Assembly (NCBI RefSeq): GCF_028641065.1
Contig: NC_073396.1
Coordinates: 32,302,001-32,366,000, forward strand
Source of the DNA: Leucoraja erinacea
Taxonomy: Eukaryota
Direction: 5' to 3'
DNA length: 64,000 nucleotides
Below, piece by piece: positions 1 through 12,739 of this stretch. The translations under genes and the position numbers were made by a program. Each line of letters opens with the position of its first letter. Position 1 is the stretch's first letter. The notes under the pieces were generated by a model that was not told the origin of the DNA, ran no database searches, and was given only the letters and a program-made list of their open reading frames with translations.

Positions 1-218
1 TACAGCCTAACCAAAGTCCTATAAAGCTGCATGACCACTTCCTGACTGGTGCTGTTTCCCTTAATGCCACTTTCTTTGTTGATAATCTGGGATTCTCTGC
101 TCTCAAAGGTTCCATTACCGTTTGCTTTACCAACTGAGCGAGTTTTCTGGATTGATGAAGAACCTGTTTTGTGAAAACATTACTTTGTTCAACTTTGCCC
201 AAGGCACTGCTTTCAATG

Positions 219-427
219 GTTACACAAAAAAGCTGGAGAAACTCAGCGGGTGCAGCAGCATCTATGGAGCGAAGGAAATAGGCAACGTTTCGGGCCGAAA
301 CCCTCAAGGGTTTCGGCCCGAAACGTTGCCTATTTCCTTCGCTCCATAGATGCTGCTGCACCCGCTGAGTTTCTCCAGCTTTTTTGTGTAACCTTCGATT
401 CTCCAGCATCTGCAGTTCCCTCTTAAA
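219..427. mobile_element. Palindromic Penelope-like (PLE) terminal-fragment insertion
   Basis: Near-perfect fold-back centred near 305; flanked by the 14-bp direct repeat CACTGCTTTCAATG (205-218, 428-441). Confidence 0.8.
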
Positions 428-654
428 CACTGCTTTCAATGTTGCTCTGGTTTTGAGTGATTCCAATTGCATACCAACAATTACATACCAATTAGCATCC
501 AGTGTTCGACTGGCATAAAGACAATAAACTTTTGAATGTGAATTGTGAGATTCTACAAAGATGGCAGGAATGAGAATAGTTTTGAGCAGTTGAGCCGGGA
601 GTTAAGGTGAAGAGAGAGGAGACTGAAGAGGAGTTTATTCTGACATTAAGGCTT

Positions 655-945
655 TGTGTAGTTTAGAGATACAGCGCGGAAACAGGCCCTTCGGCCCACC
701 GAGTCTGTGCCGACCACCCATTCCTGCACACTAACACTATCCTACACAATAGGGACAATTTCCAATTCCTACCAAAGTCAATTAACCTACAAAACCTGTA
801 TGTCCTTGGCATATGGAAGGAAACTGGAGTACCCGGAGAAAACCTACGTGGTCACAGGGAGAACGTACAAACTCCGTACAGACATCACCTGTAGTCATGA
901 TCGAACCCGGGTATCAACTCTATCACTGCATTACCGTGCCACCCT
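655..945 (-). mobile_element. tRNA-derived SINE (HE1/V-SINE-like)
   Basis: Reverse complement of the V-domain-like core (GGAAACTGGAGTACCCGGAGAAAACC) and B-box-like GATCGAACCC; same family as 9010-9312. Confidence 0.7.
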
Positions 946-1019
946 TTGATAGACACAAATTCTTGGGTGTGACGTTTTAATTGTAATCTCTAATTGCATT
1001 TGTATTTTCTCTCCTGTAG

Positions 1020-1083
1020 AAATGCTCTGGTGGTGATACTGGCAGGTTTCCTCATAGACAAGCTGGGAAAATAAAAAACCGCG
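1020..1083 (+). pseudogene. copy A exon 4 (disrupted): NALVVILAGFLIDKLGK*
   Basis: AG at 1018-1019, GTGAGT at 1084; GGGAAAATAAAAAACCGCG versus GGGAAATCGCG in copy B. Confidence 0.85.
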
Positions 1084-2472
1084 GTGAGTCTGAAGAACTG
1101 TATGAACGTTCGCAAGGAGGCCAATAAATAAGCCATCTGCGTGGTGCGTGAATTCCATAGGGAGTTCCTCTTATCCACAGCACAACAGGTTCTTCAGCTT
1201 ATAATAAATCAGAAATAATTCAGCAGGCACATGTTGTCACAATAACCTGAGTGTTGAGCATGCTGATGTTAGTTTGGGTGTGTCTGCGAAGACAGCTGCA
1301 TGATTCCTGGGATGTTGTCTTTAGGTGGATAGACACTTCTAGAATTTAGAAGATTGAAGGGGCCTAAGAAACTTACATTTGGGCTAGAAGAAGATTGCCA
1401 TGTTTTCCTATAAACTGAGAAGAACTTTTCTCACGCAGAGAGTGGTGAATCTCTGGAACTCTCTTCAGGAAGTTCATTCTATAATCTAGATGTGCCCGCT
1501 GATTCAGGGGGTATGGAGAGAAATCTGGTTCATCCATTATTTGCAGGCTCGAAGGGCCGAATGGCCTACTCTGCACCTAATTTCTATGTTTCTAGTAATA
1601 ACCTGAGGTTGAGCATGCTGTCCAAAGGCAAAATGTTTGTTTTCTGCCTGTGTTGGGAAAGCGTCATTTTATAACTGGAACTCATTGTACCGCTATATCT
1701 ATGCCACTGATTCAAATCTGGTTCACCAGTATTTCACTGTACTAATCACAGGTCCCGACCACGGGGGGAAATGGAGGATGTGATTTTGTGCCTTCCACCA
1801 CAGTGAAACTGATGTTTGTGTAAATTTGTGTATTGTTTTTGTGTGTTCTTTATCAATGCTATCTATACACACAATGTGACGCCTGATTGTTGAATATTGT
1901 ATCCATCTCTGCCTTTACTACTACACAACCTTCTGAGGCAAAGAATTCCACAGATTCACCATCCTCTGACTAAAGAAATTCCTCCTCATCTCCTTCCTAA
2001 AGGAACATCCTTTAATTCTGAGGCTTTGACCTCTGGTCCTAGACTCTCCCATTACTGGGAGTTAATTCATTTGTGTTCAATTTGTGTACCAACAGCATCA
2101 GTATGCTAACGAAAGATGGGGGAAAAAAGTAAAATATTGATGGGATACACTAGGACAAAAGATGACTAAAGGTTCTACTCCAGTGTCTACCAAAACAGTT
2201 GTGTACATGTTTAGTCTGAGATAAAAAAAACCTGAAATAATTTTTCAAGTAAACCCAAAGAGGTTGAAAGAAGGGAACTACAGTCATTTTAAAAATGGGT
2301 TATTGAAAAGGTTAATTGATCAATGGGATAATCTCCCAGGAAAAAAATATTTGGAACATTTAAAAACAAATTGGCATCTTGGGGTATATATGTTGATATA
2401 TTAAATGTTCTAATTTTAATCATAAGGTAAATCTTCTCTGGTTAAAACCGTTTGATGTATTTTCCCCTACAG

Positions 2473-2616
2473 TTGGTGTCCTCGTGTTCTCCTTTCTTAT
2501 TGTGCTGGGCTCGGCCACCTTTGCTTTGGGATCTCATTTCAAGGGGACCCATTACCTATTGCCTCTGATGCTCATCGGCCGACTTATTTTTGGCTCAAGC
2601 AACGGGTCACTCATGA
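2473..2616 (+). CDS. copy A exon 5 (VGVLVFSFLIVLGSATFALGSHFKGTHYLLPLMLIGRLIFGSSNGSLM)
   Basis: cctacAG / GTAAGT, 144 nt, open, near-identical to 38318-38461. Confidence 0.85.
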
Positions 2617-3639
2617 GTAAGTATTAGTTCAATTTCTTGGCACCAGACTGAAAGGAAAAGGCCAGGGCTTAGAACATTGTCTGAACTGTTCAATCATTCA
2701 TTCATTTAATGTTGCTCATTACAGCACAGGAACATGCCCTTCAGCCCATGATATCTGTACGACTATGATGTGAATTGAAACCAATCCCATCTGCTTGCGC
2801 GTAGTCCATCTCTCTCCATTCCCTGTCTATTTAATCATGTGCATATCTGAATGCCTCTTAAATGTTGCTATTATTTAACAGCCACTGTTGCTTTTTCACC
2901 ACTTCCCCTGGTAGCACATACAAGACACCTACCACCTTGCATGTGAGGGGGGGGGGGGAAACTTTCCTCATAAATCACCTTTAAATTTGCCTCATGAATT
3001 TCCTTGTTGTTCACCATCCAGGACAATGTGCATTTTAGTTAATATTCCATGTTGAATTATTCCCTTTCTTCCTCAAGGATTGAATGAATATGCATTTCAG
3101 TCTTCGATCTTTGTGAAATGAAAACGTTGGAGTTTTGTTTTCACAATTGATAGAGGTCTTTAGGATACTGGCATTGCTGGTGAGGACAGCAATTATATGT
3201 ACCACTGTCCTCCAGAAGATGATGGTGAATCTTCTTGAAGTGCAAGTGTACAAAGTCCTGGAGAAACTCCAACTGGTCAGGCAGCATCTGGGGAGGGAAT
3301 GCACAGGAGACATTTCAGGTCAGGACAGTTCCTCAGTTTCTTTCTGGTGAATACAGAAAGGGCTGGCAATCTGGCATTGTGACAGATGAAACAAATCTCC
3401 CCAGTCTGTCAATGTGAGTGATGTGGGAGGAAAGGACAGTGTATGAGCAGCAAACCTGTCCATCATCACTCTGTCATTCAGCAGATAGGGGCTGGAGGTC
3501 ATTCTGTTTCTTGACTCACTTAAGCTTGGATTCTCTGTTAATTCTGTAAGGTGCAAGCTTAAACTAATCAAGAGCTTATTAGTTAGTGTGAATACCAAAT
3601 TTCTCAACTTCACCCGAACCAACAGTCTGTTTGTCCCTT

Positions 3640-4195
3640 CTTTATTGTTTCTTTGGATGTGTTAAATGTATTTTTTAGTGTTTTTTTAGCTTGTTTTATG
3701 TGGGGGGAAGTTGGGGGATCTTTTTCTTATCTCTTACCTCGACAGAGATGCGATTTTTTTCCCTATCGTATCTCTGTCTACACTGTGGCCCAACATCAAG
3801 GAGTAGGCGGCCTTTGCTGGAGACCGACTTCGAGAGCTGTTAGCGGTTGCCTGCTGCCTTTAACATCGCGGAGCTTGTTAGAGACCGACTTATGGGAACG
3901 ACAAGACGTGGGAGCTTCGATCGCCGTAACGGGGGGGGCTTTGACCGCCGGCTGCGGGATCTTCGATCGCCTGATTGTAGATGGTTCGACTGCCCCGAAC
4001 CTGGGAGAATAAAAGAGGAAGAAGATTGGACCATTGCCTTCCATCACAGTGAGGAATGTGGGGAATCTGCTGTGGTGGATGTTTATGTTAACTTTTATGT
4101 TGTTGTGTGTCTTTTTTTTTAAGTATGTCTGTATGGTAATTCGTATTTCACTGTACCTTCTTAATAGGTCACATGACAATAAACTGACCTTGAAA
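3640..4195 (+). mobile_element. CpG-rich non-autonomous retroposon with Rex1/L2-type 3' tail
   Basis: Ends in TTTCACTGTACC...CACATGACAATAAA, a tail shared with other repeats in the window; related piece near 1750-1850. Confidence 0.45.
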
Positions 4196-4547
4196 CCCAT
4201 GAAACCTGTCGCTGTATTGTATTGTAGATTTGGCATTTATCTGTTGTATGCAAGAGGGACCCGGCGCGGGGAGCAACTGAGAACAAAGAGCGACTTGTGA
4301 GGACCGTGATGAATACTTTGTAACTTTGTTGGCCCCTCTACTTTGCGACTATTTGCATGGTATATGGAATGGTATATACACAAAAGAGAGAATTTCACTG
4401 TGACATGTCACGTGTTAATGAAGTATCTATCAATCAAGTATGTTAAATAGTGCCTTTTCCCAGTTTGTGTGTGTGTGTGTGTTCTTTTGTGATGTGTGTG
4501 AATCCATTCATTCACTTTCTGTTCCTTCTCTCTCTCCAAACTCTCAG

Positions 4548-4706
4548 TTGCACAAGATCGAATCGTTGCTTTCTGGTTCAAACGCAAGGAGCTGGCTTTG
4601 GCTTTTGGGCTGATAATGGCCTTCTCTCGTTTTGGCAGTGTCCTCAATTTCTTATTAACCCAGTCTTTAGAGGCACGTTTTGGGATTCAGTGGACTCTTT
4701 GGGGAG
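4548..4706 (+). CDS. copy A exon 6 (AQDRIVAFWFKRKELALAFGLIMAFSRFGSVLNFLLTQSLEARFGIQWTLWG)
   Basis: ctctcAG / GTAAGC, 159 nt; MFSD1-family WFKxKEL motif. Confidence 0.85.
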
Positions 4707-5851
4707 GTAAGCATGGATATGAAGAATTTTTGTTGAAGGCCGTGTATTTGAAAAATATTTGTGTGAGGAAAGTGAAACCAGTCCTGTGCTGATTATTGTA
4801 TCATAATTGGAGTCTATGGGAATATTATACTCTGATTAAAGATGCTAAATTTGTCTAAGATATTGGTCTTGTAATTAATTTTAACCAGATTGTACTTTAA
4901 GGAAAATTCTTCCATCAATTAACTCAAAAAGACAAACCCGAACAGACATTTGTAGAGCTGCGTTTCACTGATAGATAATTAAATTAACTGGTTTAGATAT
5001 TCATGCAAATTCTGTTTTGGCATCACTGGACATAGAACAAATAAATTGAAATGTGCATCAGAATCTTAAGGGGCTCAGTTACTTGTGGTGCTTTAAGCCT
5101 TTACCTTCTGGCCTCCTACTGCATAGAATTGTATTCAAATCTCATCACAACAGGTTTAACTTAATTTAATTAAAGATATTTGGAATTAAATACCAGAATT
5201 AAAATGAAGCTGTCAGATTGTTTAGCGAATCCACCAGGGTCACTAATATCCTTCAAGATTTTTAGGCAACGCTGGTCTGTCTGTCTGTGACCTCAGACCA
5301 TTCTGCAATGTAGTTGAACCCTACCATGCCCTCTGAAATGGAGTAACAAAACAATTTATTGTACCAAACCACAAATAAATATCATGTGTACTAGAATCAT
5401 AAAGGGTGGTATGAAATAGGCAAAAATTACTGATCTTGCCAGTGATGTCCAGATCTCATAAATAAATTGTCAAATATTTAGCCTGATTTGTTAATCTTTA
5501 CGTTGGCGTTCCACTGCAATATGTGGAAGAATGTGCTCGGATCATTACTGCATCTGGTTTTGCCTTGCCTTCTTCATTCCTCCCCTCCTCTCCTGTGCAG
5601 CAAAGCTCTGACCTGTCACGTTACTCTCTGTATGAAGCCGAAACAGCGTCGCTGAGTTACTCCAGCTTTTTGTGTCTATCTTCAATTTTATTTAATGTTC
5701 TTTCCAAGGGTGAATCTGTGATATAAATGCAAGAGGCTGCACTTGGCTGATGAAGTTCTGACTGTCACTGGTGGGACCATCTCATTATCCCTGTTTGTTG
5801 CAGCGTATTCTTTGCCAGTCATGTAGGCTCTCCTGTGGTTCATTTCTTCAG

Positions 5852-5967
5852 GAACTTTGCTGTGTGTTCTTAGCTTTGTGTCGGCCATCATCGTTGGCAT
5901 CCTGGATGGGAATGGAGCAAAACAGTTGGGACTAGATGAAGTCCTTCAGCAGGAATCCAAGAAAGTG
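5852..5967 (+). CDS. copy A exon 7
   Basis: AG / GTAGGT, 116 nt, TLLCVLSFVSAIIVGILDGNGAKQLGLDEVLQQESKKV. Confidence 0.85.
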
Positions 5968-6162
5968 GTAGGTAGATTCATGGACATTGGATTTAATCTT
6001 CCATAAACTATTGCTTCTGGATTCAGAATTGATTATCTGTTATAGCCAGTCATTGTAGAGAGTAATCCTTGGTCTTTGATGTAGATCTCTGGAAGTTGGG
6101 ATACATAAGTTCAGCTTACAATACTTTGGCTAAATGGGACTTACTCCGTCTTCCACTCCCGA

Positions 6163-6193
<31 letters not shown>

Positions 6194-6228
6194 CCTCTTG
6201 TCTGACTTTATTGTTTTTGTTCTCATAG

Positions 6229-6329
6229 AAGCTACAGGATATTCGCCACTTGTCTCTCCGCTACTGGCTACTGGTTCTCACCGTCATGTTCTTCTATAAT
6301 GGAATGTCCCCATTTATTGCAGATGCCAG
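6229..6329 (+). CDS. copy A exon 8
   Basis: tcatAG / GTTAGT, 101 nt, KLQDIRHLSLRYWLLVLTVMFFYNGMSPFIADA. Confidence 0.85.
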
Positions 6330-6538
6330 GTTAGTAGAGTTTGTCATTATCTAAAGTGCCTCTACCACAGTCCTAAAGTTTCTGCATTACAGGTTATGTT
6401 TATTACAACCGTTGTGAAACGCTCCATTTTTTTATTACACTTCCCGCTGTCCTTATCTTTAATGTATAACCGTTCTGTAATGAGGCAACAGTCAATTTCT
6501 CTGCCAATTTTTGTCCTCTGTCGCATGCAATAAATATA

Positions 6539-7744
6539 CGATAAACTCTCACTGTAACAGACCGGTTGAATAGTAAGGGTGTTGGGGGTTATGAGGCAAA
6601 GACAGGAAGAAAGGGGTTGAGAAAAAAAGATAGATCATCCATGATTGAATGGCAGAGTAGACTTTATGGGCTTTATTCTGTTCCTAGAACTAATGAACAT
6701 GAATCATAGGGGGAGGGAGAATGGTGTCCATTGTGCCGATTGTTCGTTATAATGGAACGAGGCAGGGGCCTGGGCTCCGTGTCAGAATCCTGGAGCCCCA
6801 TCACTGAGGGTGCAGTTGGACCTCCCTCACCACACGGGGGGCTGCAGCACAAGAAGGCTGCCCGGCACCACCTTGACCAGAAGAGCTGGGGAACGGCAAT
6901 AACTGCTGCCCCTCTTGCTGATTCTCACAGTCAGAGATTAAGAGCAAAATGGGAGGTCTGGGGGTTGGCGTGGCGGGATAAGGAAACCTTGTCCCACTCC
7001 CAACAGCCACGGCTGTTGTTGGGGTTAGCATTGTTGCCCCTCCCGACAGCGATTTCTCAGGCTGTTACCACCGATGGGACACGCTTGGTCATCATGGGGC
7101 TCTCTCCCTCCTCACCAGCTTCTTCCTGTCGGCCATTGTTTTGTCCGCTCCACCGCCGTAGCTTCTTTCGCCCGCCACTTTGTCCACTCCTCTGCTCCCT
7201 CCTCAATTGCCACCTCCTCCCCCCCCTAGAGTCGCCGACTCCGAGGTGGAATATGTCAGTGACTCCGGGGAGAAGGAGGAGGGGAGATTATGTGTTCAGC
7301 ACGGACTAGAAGGGTCGAGATGTCCTGTTTCCGTGCTGTAATTGTTATATGGTTATATGGGAGGGGCAGAGGTGTGAGATGGGAAGGGAGGCCAAGTGGA
7401 AAAAGTGAGAGGAAAAGGAGCAGGAGCAGGAGGAGGGAGCAGACAAAGTGACGGCCGACAGGAAGAAGCTGGTGAGTGGGGGGAGAGCCCCATGATGACA
7501 GAGCGCGTCCTGTTGGTGGCGGCGCCCTGAAGATAGCGCTGTCCCCAGGAACTGCAACGTGGGCCCTAAAAGCAACCGTGTCAACTGGACCGTGCAGTGG
7601 GTGAAGTAGGGCTTGCTGGTTGGTACACCTTGGTGACACCGGCAGGCGGAGCTGTAAGAGACCAGGAAGGTGGTGTGAGCCAGGGTGGCATCCGCTATAA
7701 CCAAAATCTGTTTTAAAAGGGTCCGTTAAAATGAGGGTTTACTG
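6539..7744. mobile_element. Non-autonomous Tc1/mariner (pogo/Tigger-like) DNA transposon in copy A intron 8
   Basis: Degenerate TIRs (CGATAAACTCTCACTGTAACAGACC versus reverse complement CAGTAAACCCTCATTTTAACGGACC) flanked by TA on both sides; GC-rich interior; absent from copy B intron 8. Confidence 0.55.
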
Positions 7745-7850
7745 TATTTGACACCATCTCCAGGAATATGAATAAAATTACAAAATGAGAAAACCACACA
7801 CCAGTGATCTTTGACATTGTATCGTTTACATCTTGCCATTTATTTTTCAG

Positions 7851-7962
7851 CAAGTTTATACAGGATAAGTATCCGGGCTACAGTCAGCAAGAAGCCTCGT
7901 ACATCACTGGTGCTGTGTTCGATACCTCGTTGATTCTGTTACCCATAGCTGGAATCCTCATT
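7851..7962 (+). CDS. copy A exon 9
   Basis: tttcAG / GTGAGT, 112 nt, KFIQDKYPGYSQQEASYITGAVFDTSLILLPIAGILI. Confidence 0.85.
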
Positions 7963-8145
7963 GTGAGTAGTTTGGTTTGTGCTAACTGCAAGACTGGGAA
8001 CATCCTTGTTGTGGATATTAACTATATTGAGCTCAGACTGAACATTAAAAGGTGGGCTGCAGTGAAGTGTGAACCTTGTTTGATCCTCCCTATAAGCCAG
8101 CAGATAGCAGAATGATCTGAATTGCATTCCAACAATAATAAAGGT

Positions 8146-8274
8146 CTGAAGAAGGGTTTCAGCCCGAAACCTTGCCTATTTCCTTCGCTCCATAGATCCT
8201 GCTGCACCCGCTGAGTTTCTCCAGCATTTTTGACTACCTTCGATTTTCCAGCATCTGCAGTTCCTTCTTAAATA
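8146..8274 (+). mobile_element. PLE 3' terminal fragment with hammerhead-like core
   Basis: CTGAAGA-A-GGG..CCC-GAAAC followed by the family terminus; direct repeat AATAAAGGTCT at 8137-8147 and 8275-8285. Confidence 0.75.
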
Positions 8275-9009
8275 AATAAAGGTCTCTTCTCCCCTTAAAG
8301 AAGAATATTTTGTATCAGTAAAGTTCTGAGGCTTGGGAGGGATTGTTTAGCAGGTGACATGTTTACTTTTTAGCAGATGAACTTTGGTTCATGATGTCAA
8401 TGACACATTCATTATGTTAATCCACATTTTCAAGCATTCTTCTCAATCCAAGTTTCTGTTGGGAAATGTCCTTTCTTGGCATTATCCTTCTCAGGATAAT
8501 TCCATCTCAGCTACTTCCCATGTTTATTGATTTCTCTTTTCTCCGTATAACCTCCATGCATGCTATTGTACACAACTCCCTACTGCCATCCCCACCAAGT
8601 TCATGATCACTGCTCTCATGGTCCTGATCACCAACAAAGCTATCTCCGATCATGTGCTTTTCTCCACTATTGTCCACATCTGAGACTACCTTTCCATTCC
8701 GGTCGTCTCTTATTCTATTGATAAAACATCTCCCCCAGGTTGTGCACGACCCGCGTTTAACCGTGTACAGTTACTTTGGTCTTCCATTTTCCACAGTCCC
8801 TCTACAGCTAATGAACTGGTCTTCAACAACTCTTCCACCAAGGTCTTTGTCCCTTCTGTATTGTTCCGTCTGGTATGACCTTCCCCAACCTGCATCGTCA
8901 CCACAAATAATTCTGCCCTGCAGCTGGTGACATTATTCAGTTCTGGCTGTGTAGCAAGGGATGACCTAATGATTCATGCACTTCACAGAAAAGCAAGAAG
9001 AAACAAACT

Positions 9010-9312
9010 GCACAGTGACACAGCTGCTAGAGCTGCTGCCTCACTGCGACGGAGACCCTGGTTAGATTCTGACCTTGGGTGCCGTTTGTATGGAGCTTGC
9101 TTCTTCTCCCGTAGGTTTCCTCTGGTTGCTCTGGTTTTTCCTCTCGCATCCCAAAAACCAGCTGATTTGTAGGTTAATTGGCCTCTGTAAATTGTAGGGA
9201 GTGGATGAGAAAGTGGGATGCTATAGAATTGGTGTAAAAGGGTGATCGGTGGTCAGAGTGGACTCGGTGGGCTGAAGGACCGGTTTCCATGCTGTACCTC
9301 TAAATTAAACTA
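9010..9312 (+). mobile_element. tRNA-derived SINE (HE1/V-SINE-like)
   Basis: tRNA-like head, GGTTTCCTCTGGTTGCTCTGGTTTTTCCTC central domain, CR1-like tail ending CTAAATTAAACTAAA. Confidence 0.7.
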
Positions 9313-9566
9313 AAATGCTAACAAAATATAAAATGGGAGGATGGTAAATACTAAAAATCCATTCAGGATCCGAAGCATCTTTTCAAAGAACAACTCCGCA
9401 GCCTAAAGCCAAATAGAAAGGAGAATTAAAAGGAAGGAGTTGGGTGGTTTGTCCGGGTGCCTGAACCAGGACACACCCAACACCCAGCACTGACCTCAAC
9501 CGCTTTGATAATGTACATACGCATATCCAAATGAAATCATGAAATGTTCTTTTGATCTTTTTTCAG

Positions 9567-9704
9567 GATCATGTAGGATTGAGAGGAGTATTTGTCACAA
9601 CGTGTGCTGTGTTGACAGTCCCGGTTTTTGCACTCTTGGCGTTTACCTTTGTACCACCACTGGTTTCTATGATATGGCTGGGAGTCACCTACTCATTTGC
9701 TGCG
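9567..9704 (+). CDS. copy A exon 10
   Basis: tttcAG / GTAAGG, 138 nt, DHVGLRGVFVTTCAVLTVPVFALLAFTFVPPLVSMIWLGVTYSFAA. Confidence 0.85.
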
Positions 9705-9960
9705 GTAAGGTGTTTGCTTTATTTTCTCTCAGCTGATAAGTAACTTAATTCTTTCATTACCCACATATGTAGAACTGGCATGAATGTATATGTGCTGAGA
9801 ACCATTAAAAAAAAAAAACATTTTCAAAGTATTCTGGCATTTTGTGTAGTGAACCTGTGCTGAACCCAGCAAGGGCATATTGTGACAAATCTTGGGAATC
9901 ATTTTCTGAATTAGGTACTTTATCATTGTCTTTATATGTATATTCTGCTTATTTCCTCAG

Positions 9961-10100
9961 GCAAGTTTGTGGCCATCAATCATCTTGGTCGTTCCTCTGG
10001 CAAATCTTGGAACCGCTTCAGGAGTCGCAACCTCAGTGCAAATGATTGGTGTTGGTGTTTGCAACCTGATAGTTGGACAGATCCTTGGAAGCAAAATCAG
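9961..10100 (+). CDS. copy A exon 11
   Basis: cctcAG / GTGAGG, 140 nt, ASLWPSIILVVPLANLGTASGVATSVQMIGVGVCNLIVGQILGSKI; matches MFSD1 ALWP...VP...LGTA. Confidence 0.85.
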
Positions 10101-12739
10101 GTGAGGTTTTTTGCTTAGTAGTAGCCACTGGAGAGAAAGGTATTGTAATGTGAATTGAGTGCTTTTATTTTATTTTATTTTGATAGTTGTATTATATCTG
10201 TTGTCTTGTCTTGTATGATCTACCAACTGCAGATTGAGAACCTGATCTGGTGAAAGCAGTTTATATATGGCCTGGTGACAATAAAAATGCTGTGCATTGA
10301 AGACATGTCCAGGTTGCTTGATACATCTTGATGTACTTATGTGACACAAAGCATAACTTAAAATCAATTGAATGATGAACCATGATGATATACCATAACT
10401 TTACAAAGACAAAAGTGTATTGATTGAAATCACATGGTCCACAATGAACATCAGTTAAACTAGATTTAAAATTGTGTTGACAATTTCAAATGACAACATG
10501 GAATGTTAACACCCAATGTTGTCGTGCAATGACCTGCTCAAAGGCAGTTAGGGATAGGCAATAAATGCTGGCCTCGCTAGTTAAGCATTAACTAGTTAAG
10601 AATTAATGCTAAGCATTAGCATTAATGTTCAAGCATTATTGTTAAGCATTAATGCTCCAAAATTTGCACGTGGAGAATACTTTTAAAAATTGAAACAAGA
10701 AGTCTTTGAATGTACTTGAAAAGTCCATTAGATTATGACCATATGGAATATGGCCTGCGAATATTTAAGTCACCAATTCGTTTTGGAATCTCCTACGGGA
10801 ACGTTTTAGTAGTGTTTTGGCAAGAAATAAATTACCTGAAGTAGTTCCGCCATCAGCTTTAAAAGTTTAAGTAGTTCCAAGTTTAAAACGTTAAAAACAT
10901 GCAAGTTTTGTTGTGTTTAGTGTAAAGAAAATGTCCTTATGTTTGGCTCCTATGTTGATTTCACATCTCAGGCAATTGTCCGACTCTAAATGAAAGACAT
11001 CTCTCATCGTCCCCAAAAAATAACTAAGTCTAAACAGCATGCTCTCTGTCATGTGAGGAATCTCATGTTGTCTCCAAGGTCAGATTAGATTTTTAAAGCC
11101 ATCTTTATAGCATGTTTGTATCTTCTATTCCATACAGGTCTGTCTTCTAGCATATTTATAAAAAATTCATACACTTGGGCAACTTTTCATTCTCCATTTC
11201 TTTGTTGATAACATGACATTCTGTGTAATTCTTTGCCACAGAATGCTGTGGAGGCCATGTCAATCGATATTTTTAAGGCAGAGATAGATAGATTCTTGAT
11301 TAGTGTGGGTGTCGGGGGTTATGAGGAGAAGGCAGGAGAATGGGATTAGGAAGGAGTGATAGATCAGCCACGATTGAATGGCAGAGCAGATTTGATGAGC
11401 CTAATGGTCTAATTCTGCTCCTATCACTTATGACCTTATGAGTCCCCAGTCTCCTGCCTTATCTTGTCAAATGTATGCCTTTTGTAGGAAATGCTTTTGA
11501 ACCATTGACGGCACTTGTATCCACTCGCTTCTTTAGCCCAATTGGAATAAAGTTCACAAACCTCCACACCTATTACAGTAAGAAGAATTAATAGTCAGTC
11601 TACTTCTATTTCCTGCTTTGGCTTCATTGCTATAGCAATGTTTTGACAAACTAATTTGAGTATCTTCCACTTTCCTGCAACATTTACTTCATATATTTCA
11701 AGAGCCTGTGGTGATGACAGAATATTTCCCCGACATCTCAACATACACCTTGCAAATATTTTTTTAACAGCATGGCCATCTCCAAGATGTTCACTGAAAT
11801 AAAATGCACTGATTTCTCCCTGATCAATATGCTTCCCTGTGGATTGCTCCTCAGGATTAGAACACTTTTATTTTAAAGCAGAATCGAGGGTTGGATCATT
11901 TGATCTGCAGATCTATGATCATGCTACTAACCTTTCGATGTGCTCCCTGTGTCAATCTGGTTCAGTAGAGGAGAACCAGGGAACTGCAGGTGCTAGTTTT
12001 GAAAAAAAATGACTCAAAGTGTTGGAGTAACTCAACAGGTCAGGCAGCAGCTCTTGAGGACCATCTAGGTGTTTAATTTGGATCGGGACCCTTCGTTATA
12101 CTGAGTTGTGGAGGTGTGAGAAGAGCATTTTAGGTCTATTTGGCAAATTGTGGCAGTGTAATTGCCTAATCTGTGCAACCCCTTTTACATGGTCAAACTC
12201 CATCAAGGTTTTCCAGGATTTATAGACTGTCAACTGAATAGAGGTCTCTGCTGAGTGAGACCCCAGGATTGGCTGTCTGGGAGGCTATGGGTGGAAAGAC
12301 AGAATATCCATGTGGGGGGGGGGGGGCGGGGAGGGGGGGGGAGGGGGGGGGGGGGGGGTGAAAATGGAGGGATCTAATGTGGGAGTCAGGGAACTAATGT
12401 TGCAAGAAAAGGACACATTGCATTGGGGAAAGGTGAAGGATAGAGAATATTGATGGACTTTTGCAGAGAGCAAAGAAGGCTGCAAAAATAATTTCTTTAC
12501 ATTTTTAAAATATTTTGTTATTCAAAAACATTTCTAGGCCAAATACTGCTGATGCTGGACGTCTAAAATAAAAAACAGAAATGCTGGAAATACTTAGCAG
12601 GTCATGATGCACCGATGAGGAGAAAATACTGAGTTAATGTTTCGGATGAAATGGGAGTCCTTAGCAAGTTTTTTTTTTAAACCATTCCCTTGTTTGAATC
12701 ATCTTCGGGTTAGATTGAATTGAAAGATTCAATATAGTA

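Noticed and set aside
6731-7704. GC-rich ORFs of 119-192 aa
   Set aside because: They lie inside a TIR-bounded transposon; low complexity and no recognisable domain.
9010-9085. tRNA gene
   Set aside because: Decayed tRNA-like head of a SINE; no intact cloverleaf.
12313-12358. Long G/C homopolymer runs (also near 6173, 42728, 56903)
   Set aside because: Simple repeats with no supporting structure; lengths are unreliable.
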